A DNA stretch of 5,552 bases. Source: Candidatus Helarchaeota ASGARD archaeon Hel_GB_B. GTDB lineage: Archaea > Asgardarchaeota > Lokiarchaeia > Helarchaeales > HEL-GB-B. The translations under genes were made by a program, and so were the position numbers. This document shows, one piece after another, positions 1-5,552 of this stretch; the first letter of the stretch is position 1; every line of letters starts with the position of its first letter. The notes under the pieces are model-generated. The model ran no database searches. It saw only the letters and a program-made list of their open reading frames with translations, and had not been told where the DNA came from. Location: positions 1-5,552 of the forward strand of contig SUPR01000169.1 of the NCBI GenBank assembly GCA_005191425.1. The letters run 5' to 3'.

Positions 1-283
1 TTTGTTTTTGCATACTTTCAAAACGCTTATTAACCTCTTCAAAACGCTTGTCCATTTGTTTTTGCATACTTTCAAAATGCTTATTAACCTCTTCAAAACG
101 CTTGTCCATTTGTTTTTGCATACTTTCAAAACGCTTATTAACCTCTTCAAAACGCTTGTCCATTTGTTTTTGCATACTTTCAAAACGCTTGTCCATTTGT
201 TTTTGCATACTTTCAAAACGCTTGTCCATTTGTTTTTGCATACTTTCAAAATGCTTATTAACCTCTTCAAAACGCTTGTTCAT
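1..283 (-). repeat. Coding composite tandem repeat of 33-bp (A) and 21-bp (B) units
   Basis: On the + strand A=ttcaaaacgcttgtccatttgtttttgcatact lies at 38-70, 92-124, 146-178, 179-211 and 212-244 (five identical copies), with a partial copy at 1-16 and a degenerate one at 266-283. B=ttcaaaa(c/t)gcttattaacctc lies at 17-37, 71-91, 125-145 and 245-265 (one SNP, Arg/His). Both unit lengths are multiples of 3. Confidence 0.98.
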
Positions 284-424
284 TATGTCTATTATTTCTT
301 TAATATCTTCTCTTGTTGCAACTACTCCTGATAATGCAGTTATTATCGCTCCTTTTATTGCATCATTTTCTTTTATTAATCTTGGTAATTCTCTTTTTAA
401 TTCATCTAAATCTATTGGAGACAT
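2..424 (-). CDS. Trimeric coiled-coil protein with beta-layer neck (DUF3782-like; possibly a C-terminal PD-(D/E)XK nuclease beyond the window), 3'-partial
   Basis: Hand translation from ATG at 424..422 (in-frame TAA just upstream at 433..431) is open to the left edge, 141 codons: MSPIDLDELKRELPRLIKENDAIKGAIITALSGVVATREDIKEIIDIMNKRFE-EVNKHFE-(SMQKQMDKRFE)x3-EVNKRFE-SMQKQMDKRFE-EVNKHFE-SMQKQMDKRFE-EVNKRFE-SMQKQ... It has coiled-coil composition and a TATA box 24 nt upstream. It is probably absent from the ORF track because no stop lies in the window. The CDS is well supported; the family assignment is from recalled motif similarity and the nuclease domain is not visible. Confidence 0.9.
   Translation of the reverse strand, partial: MSPIDLDELKRELPRLIKENDAIKGAIITALSGVVATREDIKEIIDIMNKRFEEVNKHFESMQKQMDKRFESMQKQMDKRFESMQKQMDKRFEEVNKRFESMQKQMDKRFEEVNKHFESMQKQMDKRFEEVNKRFESMQKQ
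302..322 (-). other. Beta-layer motif VATREDI at the head-to-stalk transition
   Basis: The translation reads V-A-T-R-E-D-I immediately before the coiled coil. This matches the [VML]ATKxD[LI] beta-layer consensus known from trimeric alpha/beta coiled coils (Tcar0761, DUF1640 and DUF3782 families). Confidence 0.7.
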
Positions 425-448
425 CTCATTTTAATTATTGTATTACCA

Positions 449-464
449 TTTATAAAATTCTCTT
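449..464 (-). promoter_or_regulatory. Archaeal BRE + TATA box for the coiled-coil gene (probably leaderless)
   Basis: The minus strand reads AAGAGAAT-TTTATAAA followed by 24 nt and then the ATG at 424. A purine-rich BRE-like element abuts a consensus TTTAWA box at typical archaeal spacing, and no Shine-Dalgarno is evident. The AT-rich background lowers specificity. Confidence 0.6.
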
Positions 465-533
465 TTTGAAACTTCATCATTTTATAAGTATTTTACATAG
501 CAGTAGAATTTACAAAAACTCAATAAATATGAG

Positions 534-548
534 AAAATAAAAATTAAA
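534..548 (-). terminator. Candidate archaeal oligo-T terminator of the large gene
   Basis: The minus strand reads TTTAATTTTTATTTT starting 6 nt after the TGA stop, with another T5 at 518..514. There is no hairpin, which is consistent with archaeal U-tract termination. Confidence 0.4.
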
Positions 549-553
549 GTAGT

Positions 554-3500
554 TCATTTATGGTCGGACAATTTTTCTTTATAAACTCTTGTTTTTGTTG
601 TCTTATATCCATATTTTTCTGCTAATTCCTCCACAGTTTTCTCATTAATATTAAGTTTAGTTGCAATCTTTGTTTTTGAAATAAATTTTCCAGGTAATGT
701 TTCGATTAAATTTTTAAATTTATTTATAATGGCATCATGTGTTCCTAATTCATCTTGGTCATTCATTCTTTTTTCTGTAGTATTTTTTTCTTTTATTTCT
801 TTACTTTCTTTTTCATCTGTTTCTTTTAATTTATCTGAGGTATCTTTTTTATCTGTCTTATCGAAATCTTCCTTATGTTTACTTTCTAGCTCAAAAGAAA
901 AGTTCTTATTAAATTGCGGAATTATAATTCCTTTATTTCTAAAGTCTATTAGACTAAAAAGAATTGATTCTAAAGAGGTTTTTTTCTCTGACGTTAATAT
1001 TGGTAAAATATCAGTTATATAAAATTGATCTTCTGGAATTGGGAATCTATAATATTGTCCAATTAATTGATTAAAGCGCTTTACTAAATTATTAATTTCA
1101 GTATTTTTAGTAAATGTTTTATATTTTATTTTATGTTCAGGTATTTTTATTGATTTATTAATATATTCTTGAATTTTCTTGAGTGCTAATTTATTCAATT
1201 TATCTGATATACTAGATAATCGTTTTTGGTCATTTGTCAGTTTAAATGGATAAATTAGTTTTAAGTTAAAGTATAAATCAAAAATGTCATCAAATAATTC
1301 ATAGTCTAATTTTTTACTATCAAGAACTTCTTTGATATCATTACATGCCTTTATAAAGTTGTCTTTGAACTCTTTATCTTCATAAATTTTAGTTAATATC
1401 ATAATTCTTACTTTACCGATATCTGCATAGATATTGTCTATTTCATCTATTTCTATTTCTTTTAATGCAGAGATTTCTTGGTACTTCTGTCCGCTTAGTT
1501 TTCTAATTTCATCTTTAACTCCGGTTTTATTAGGGTCTTCAAAGCATCTAATATAACTTATCTCCTTCTTTTTATTTTTCCCATCTACTTCTAAGCTACC
1601 AATGATTATAATACAACGTAAATTTAAGGCTCTATTAAACTTCTTGATGATAAATTCAATCCTGTCCTTTTTATAAATAATATATGGTTTTCCACGTTTT
1701 ATCACATAATAACTACTTATACTGATACTTCCAATTATTACAAAAAGCACAATTAAAGCGATTAACCAGCTCCAATCAACTTTTTTAAACGGTACATTGA
1801 TTACAAATCTGATCGAAGTTAGTTTAAATCCGACAATTTCTATTGTAATATTTAAAATATGGGTGCCCGTAAAATTTGCAGTGAAATTAAAGTCATATCG
1901 TCCTGGTTGTGACATGTTTTCAAAAATCTTTTTATTATCAACATAAAAGTTGCCTCCACTTACTGGTCTTCCCGTTATATTGTCTTTATACATAACTGTA
2001 ATCTTAACAGTTTCTCCTAAATTCATTATTAAAGTTAATCCTTCAGGTTCCTTTAATTCACCATTAATATATAATTCAACTTTAATTGGCCGGCTTAAAA
2101 CTCTAATTTTTATAATAGTTATATTTGATTCATAGTTTGAGTTCAATGTAGCATTAATTATAAATGTAAAATTATTCACTACTGTTCCATTATATTTTAG
2201 TCTGTATATTCCATTACCAAGGTCTTTAAAGGACGTGGAGTTCAACTTGACAGTTGCATTTGGGAGTCCTTGAGCCGTTAATAAATCAGTATAATTCAGG
2301 TCTATAATTACTGACTGGTTATAATAAAGTGAATATTCTAGAACTTGTGACCCGTTCATTTTAATCGTTAATTTTGTGAGTCTTTTGAGCACGTTAATTG
2401 TAATATTGATCAATTTTGTTGAATAACCGTATTTCGATATATTAATAGTCAGGTAGTGTATTCCAATATTTGTAGCGTTGAAAACCCAGGTATAATTACC
2501 ATTCCCAATCTCTTGCATTTTCCACGAATCTAATCCAAGATTAACCATAGCAGTAGCATTTATTATTCCAGAACCATCAAATGTATTATTAAATTGAACA
2601 GAAACTCTACAAGATTGGTTATAATATATGGTATAATTTACTAATACACACTGATTTATGTAGACGCTATAATTAGTCGGGTAATTTATTACATGGATTG
2701 TAATAATTGTCTTATTAAATTTGAACCCATATTTTGAACCGTTTATTATGAATTTAAAGTCTCCAATTTGAGTGGCATTATACGTCCAGGTATAATTCCC
2801 ATTTCCTATTTCTTGCATTTTCCATGAATTAATGCTAAATTCATCGGAAATATTTAGCTCTGCGCCATGAATTCCTGTCCCATTTAAAGTATTATTATAA
2901 AATGCAGTAATGGTACATGATTGATTATAGTATAATGTATAATTAAATGTGAGTGAATTATTAACATAAATTGAAATATTTGTTGGATATTCTAAAATAT
3001 GAACTATAATTTTTATTTCAGAACTCATAAATCCATATTTCGTTCCATTTATTGTATATTGAAAATTTCCAATCTGAGTACCAATTAAAGTCCATGAATA
3101 ATTTCCTGCTCCTAATTCCGACATTGACCAGGTATTTAGACCAAGGGTTATATTTAATTTTGCATTTGAAATACCTATTCCATCGTAGGTGTCGTTGTAA
3201 AACGCAGTAATAATGATACTTTCTCCAAAATAAATTGAAGTTTCATTTATCGATGGTCCATTGATATATGGAATAATATTAGTAGGTCTGGAGACTACAT
3301 TAATTGAAATAAAAGTTTCATTATATTTATAACCATGTTTTGTCCCATTTACCTTAAAATTCAATAACCCTAGCGTATTTGCATGGAATAGCCATGTATA
3401 ATTACCAAATCCAATTTCAGTCATCTCAATTCCGCTTATATTCACTTTAGCATTTATTATTCCAATATTATCTATTAAATCCTCAAAATAAGCAGTAATT

Positions 3501-5551
3501 TGAACGCTAGTCCCATAATAGCAGGTAATATTATATTCAATTGATTTATTCATATAAATTGTAATATTTGTTAATTTTTCTATTATTCTTATTTTAATTG
3601 TTTTTTCTGCATATTGTTTGTCTGGCCTACTAGCATTAATCAGTAAATTAAATTCATAGGGCAAATCCACTTTATTATACCAATCTTGGGCTCTGAAGAT
3701 CCAGCTATAATTTCCACCACCTAATTCAGCCATTTGATATCTTGTATCATTCCAAAGGACTGTAATATTCACGCTTGCCGACTCTATTCCTTGACCTATT
3801 GCAGTATCATTATAGAATGCAGTAATATTGATTATCTCATCAAAATATATATCTATAGTAGTAAGTAATGTTCCATTTAAATAGGTAACAATATTTGTAT
3901 AACCAACTACAATTGTAAAGAATGATTGGTTTAATGTGTAGCCTGTTTTAACTGAATCTACTCTAAAATTATATACACCTGAACTATTAGGGTCAAAAGT
4001 CCATGTGTAATTTCCATTCCCAGCCGGAGTCATTGGGGCATTATTGGCAATCATACTATTCGTTATACATGTAATATTTACAAGTCCATTAATTATTGGA
4101 CTCGAATGTAATATATCCTCAAAATATATCACGATTCCTATAGTATCGTTGGCTTTAATTATATAATAATTTGTTCTACTATTGTTTAAATATACTGTTG
4201 AATTCGTTGGAATTGGGTCCACTTGAATATAATGAACTTCATTTTGTTTTTGATATCCATATAATGTAGCATTAATAAATATGGTAAAATTATAAGGAAG
4301 AGAAACATATCTACCCCAAATTGAAGCATTAAACAAGTAATAATAAGAGCCATTAGTAATATAATGCATTTTTTCTATTGTATTATTCCATAATATTGTG
4401 ATGTTAACCGATTCTTTATCAATTCCAATATGATGATATGTATCTACAAATGTTCCTGAAATATTGATAAATTCATCAAAATAAATTCTTTGAGAAGTAT
4501 TTAGGTTTGTTATCAATTGCGTCGGAATTTCTAATACTTTTATCGATAATGTCGTTTCGTAGTATTTAAACCCGTATTTCGTTGCGTTTATTGTAAAATT
4601 GAAAGTACCTGTATTAGTACCATTAAAAATGAATGTATAATTTCCATTACCCACTTCATTCATAACCCAAGTTGGGTTTAATGTTATATTTACTGAGGCC
4701 CCATCTATTCCTTCATTTCTTAGCGTGTCATTATAATATGCTGTAATTAATATCGTTTCATTATAATAAATCGACCAATTATTTGTAATCGAACCATTTA
4801 CATATATCGTAATATTTGTTTTCCTTTCAATTACATGTATGTCAAATTCTAAACTCGCGTTTATATATCCATATTTACTTGCATTTATTCTATAATGAAA
4901 ATCGCCAAGGTTTGTCCCATTAAATATATATTGATAAAAACCTGTCCCATTTCCATTTAATGCAATTGTATCATTAAGTTTCACGTTTGCATTACTTATT
5001 CCTTCTCTTGTATATGTATTATTAAATAATATTTCTAATATTAATGTCTCATTATAATATATAGTCCTATTAACTTGAACTGTAGAATTCATATATAATA
5101 CTAAATTCGTTGGGTTCCTTATTACGTGGATTAAAAACGTAATTGTTTGGCCTACATACCCATATTTACTTGTGTTAATTACGTAATAAAAATCGCCTAA
5201 AAGCGTCCCATTGAACCTATACGAATAGAAACCTGATGAATTCCCAGTCAGTTCAGTTGTTGTATTTAAAGTAACATTTGCATTTGGTATTCCTGTTCCT
5301 AAATATGTGTTATTATATAATACCTCAATTGTCAAATTCTCATTATAATAAATCATCGTTTCATTTGTTATTGTTGAGTTTATATACAATACCAAATTAG
5401 TCGGATACTCTATTACTTGAATATTCAATGTATTTTCTGCAATTTTATATCCATATCTCGTTGCGTTAATATAAAAATTAAATGTTGAAATGGTCGTCCC
5501 TTTAAATGTATACGTATAATTTCCATTTCCTGCTGATGTCATAGTTTCCAT
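554..5551 (-). CDS. Large glycosylated single-pass cell-surface protein with tandem Ig-like repeats and a multi-domain cytoplasmic tail, 5'-partial
   Basis: Uninterrupted 1665-codon ORF ending in TGA at 556..554. The first Met lies inside a repeat (METMTSAGNGNY compares with APMTPAGNGNY in repeat 5) and there is no signal peptide, so the true start is probably beyond the right edge. Architecture: repeats aa 1-1254, TM aa 1260-1284, basic stop-transfer KRGKPYIIYKK, then a cytoplasmic tail. Confidence 0.95.
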   Translation of the reverse strand: METMTSAGNGNYTYTFKGTTISTFNFYINATRYGYKIAENTLNIQVIEYPTNLVLYINSTITNETMIYYNENLTIEVLYNNTYLGTGIPNANVTLNTTTELTGNSSGFYSYRFNGTLLGDFYYVINTSKYGYVGQTITFLIHVIRNPTNLVLYMNSTVQVNRTIYYNETLILEILFNNTYTREGISNANVKLNDTIALNGNGTGFYQYIFNGTNLGDFHYRINASKYGYINASLEFDIHVIERKTNITIYVNGSITNNWSIYYNETILITAYYNDTLRNEGIDGASVNITLNPTWVMNEVGNGNYTFIFNGTNTGTFNFTINATKYGFKYYETTLSIKVLEIPTQLITNLNTSQRIYFDEFINISGTFVDTYHHIGIDKESVNITILWNNTIEKMHYITNGSYYYLFNASIWGRYVSLPYNFTIFINATLYGYQKQNEVHYIQVDPIPTNSTVYLNNSRTNYYIIKANDTIGIVIYFEDILHSSPIINGLVNITCITNSMIANNAPMTPAGNGNYTWTFDPNSSGVYNFRVDSVKTGYTLNQSFFTIVVGYTNIVTYLNGTLLTTIDIYFDEIINITAFYNDTAIGQGIESASVNITVLWNDTRYQMAELGGGNYSWIFRAQDWYNKVDLPYEFNLLINASRPDKQYAEKTIKIRIIEKLTNITIYMNKSIEYNITCYYGTSVQITAYFEDLIDNIGIINAKVNISGIEMTEIGFGNYTWLFHANTLGLLNFKVNGTKHGYKYNETFISINVVSRPTNIIPYINGPSINETSIYFGESIIITAFYNDTYDGIGISNAKLNITLGLNTWSMSELGAGNYSWTLIGTQIGNFQYTINGTKYGFMSSEIKIIVHILEYPTNISIYVNNSLTFNYTLYYNQSCTITAFYNNTLNGTGIHGAELNISDEFSINSWKMQEIGNGNYTWTYNATQIGDFKFIINGSKYGFKFNKTIITIHVINYPTNYSVYINQCVLVNYTIYYNQSCRVSVQFNNTFDGSGIINATAMVNLGLDSWKMQEIGNGNYTWVFNATNIGIHYLTINISKYGYSTKLINITINVLKRLTKLTIKMNGSQVLEYSLYYNQSVIIDLNYTDLLTAQGLPNATVKLNSTSFKDLGNGIYRLKYNGTVVNNFTFIINATLNSNYESNITIIKIRVLSRPIKVELYINGELKEPEGLTLIMNLGETVKITVMYKDNITGRPVSGGNFYVDNKKIFENMSQPGRYDFNFTANFTGTHILNITIEIVGFKLTSIRFVINVPFKKVDWSWLIALIVLFVIIGSISISSYYVIKRGKPYIIYKKDRIEFIIKKFNRALNLRCIIIIGSLEVDGKNKKKEISYIRCFEDPNKTGVKDEIRKLSGQKYQEISALKEIEIDEIDNIYADIGKVRIMILTKIYEDKEFKDNFIKACNDIKEVLDSKKLDYELFDDIFDLYFNLKLIYPFKLTNDQKRLSSISDKLNKLALKKIQEYINKSIKIPEHKIKYKTFTKNTEINNLVKRFNQLIGQYYRFPIPEDQFYITDILPILTSEKKTSLESILFSLIDFRNKGIIIPQFNKNFSFELESKHKEDFDKTDKKDTSDKLKETDEKESKEIKEKNTTEKRMNDQDELGTHDAIINKFKNLIETLPGKFISKTKIATKLNINEKTVEELAEKYGYKTTKTRVYKEKLSDHK
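572..739 (-). other. C-terminal helix-turn-helix or winged-helix-like domain
   Basis: aa 1605-1660: ISKTKIATKLNINEKTVEELAEKYGY fits the HTH pattern (S..EIA..L.I...TV..L) and is followed by a basic wing-like KTTKTRVYK. Confidence 0.55.
749..895 (-). other. Highly charged low-complexity linker, likely disordered
   Basis: aa 1553-1601 FELESKHKEDFDKTDKKDTSDKLKETDEKESKEIKEKNTTEKRMNDQDE is dominated by K, E, D and T. Confidence 0.75.
1238..1654 (-). other. Juxtamembrane cytoplasmic domain, divergent longin/roadblock-like
   Basis: aa 1300-1438: KKFNRALNLRCIIII...SYIRCF...NIYADIGKVRIMIL...FKDNFIKACNDIKEVL...FDLYFNLKLIYPFKL. The strand/helix order and the flanking KF..xN[LI]xxIII and F..F...LIYP motifs resemble post-TM domains I recall from Asgard membrane proteins. 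Not verified by search. Confidence 0.4.
1700..1774 (-). other. Single transmembrane helix
   Basis: aa 1260-1284 WSWLIALIVLFVIIGSISISSYYVI, flanked by W and Y residues and followed by KRGKP..KK (positive-inside rule), giving N-out/C-in topology. Confidence 0.9.
1790..5551 (-). repeat. Protein-level array of 12 complete plus 1 partial ~96-108-aa Ig-like beta-sandwich domains
   Basis: Recurring motif xPT(N)...IYY/FNE...GI.NA.V...M...GNGNY.W/Y.F..T..G.F...IN.TKYG(Y/F)...I.V. Repeat starts are near aa 49, 146, 243, 342, 447, 551, 659, 755, 855, 957, 1057 and 1154. The repeat periodicity is directly seen; the Ig-like fold is inferred from alternating beta-strand patterns. Confidence 0.85.
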
Positions 5552-5552
5552 T

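Noticed and set aside
1-283. Possible CRISPR array or replication iterons
   Set aside because: The units are contiguous with no unique spacers, and all are in-frame multiples of 3 encoding a coherent coiled coil.
1-283. Borg-type perfect tandem repeats indicating an extrachromosomal element
   Set aside because: Perfect in-frame repeats are compatible, but these encode an ordered coiled coil of a type common in chromosomal archaeal genes, and the window has no other element hallmark.
2-331. Plus-strand 109-aa ORF (MFLHTFKTLINL... repeats)
   Set aside because: Codon-aligned antisense of the minus-strand coiled-coil gene. It stays open because the repeat units are multiples of 3 with no stop in this frame, and it has no plausible start context.
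48-434. Plus-strand 128-aa Cys/Ser/Leu-rich ORF
   Set aside because: Antisense shadow of the same repeat. The minus-strand reading has a recognisable motif, a promoter and sensible composition.
412-480. 22-codon minus-strand uORF (MMKFQKENFINGNTIIKMRCLQ) overlapping the ATG at 424
   Set aside because: It starts directly after the distal TATA and spans the proximal promoter, so it is unlikely to be transcribed from its start; ORFs of this size are expected by chance.
450-487. 9-bp inverted repeat (ttataaaat / attttataa) as a hairpin or operator
   Set aside because: All A/T and a by-product of the two near-palindromic TATA boxes; not significant at this AT content.
313-540. Plus-strand 75-aa Leu-rich ORF
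   Set aside because: Overlaps the real gene antisense and runs through its promoter; the composition is typical of a shadow frame.
729-1022. Plus-strand 97-aa S/F/L-rich ORF that looks hydrophobic
   Set aside because: Reverse complement of the K/E/D-rich linker of the large gene, which automatically yields F/S/L codons.
1950-2135. Plus-strand 61-aa ORF
   Set aside because: Short, entirely antisense within the large CDS, non-ATG start, no recognisable features.
2609-2650. Cys pair in repeat 10 (aa 968 and 981) as a disulfide or metal site
   Set aside because: The pair is not conserved in other repeats (only the second Cys recurs, in repeat 9), so there is too little evidence.
1790-5551. Diversity-generating retroelement target or template among the repeats
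   Set aside because: No near-identical nucleotide pair with adenine-specific mismatches and no reverse transcriptase in the window; the repeat differences inspected are ordinary divergence.

Overview
AT-rich window, most likely from an archaeon and plausibly an Asgard (Lokiarchaeia/Helarchaeales-like) one; the taxon is inferred from protein motifs, sequon density and promoter style. It holds two co-oriented minus-strand genes, each cut by a window edge. (1) 554..>5551 encodes a >1665-aa single-pass membrane protein: at least 12.5 ~100-aa Ig-like beta-sandwich repeats with about 98 N-glycosylation sequons, one TM helix, then a ~380-aa cytoplasmic tail. The tail has a divergent longin/roadblock-like region, a winged-helix-like segment, a charged linker and a terminal HTH-like domain, giving a receptor-like layout. 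(2) <2..424 is missing from the supplied ORF track. It encodes a short helical head, a VATREDI beta-layer motif and a coiled-coil stalk built from nucleotide-perfect 21-bp (7-aa) and 33-bp (11-aa) cassettes, resembling DUF3782-type trimeric coiled-coil proteins. The 129-bp gap carries T-tracts and a BRE/TATA positioned for a leaderless transcript. All plus-strand ORFs in the track look like antisense shadows. No RNA genes, CRISPR arrays or mobile elements were seen.
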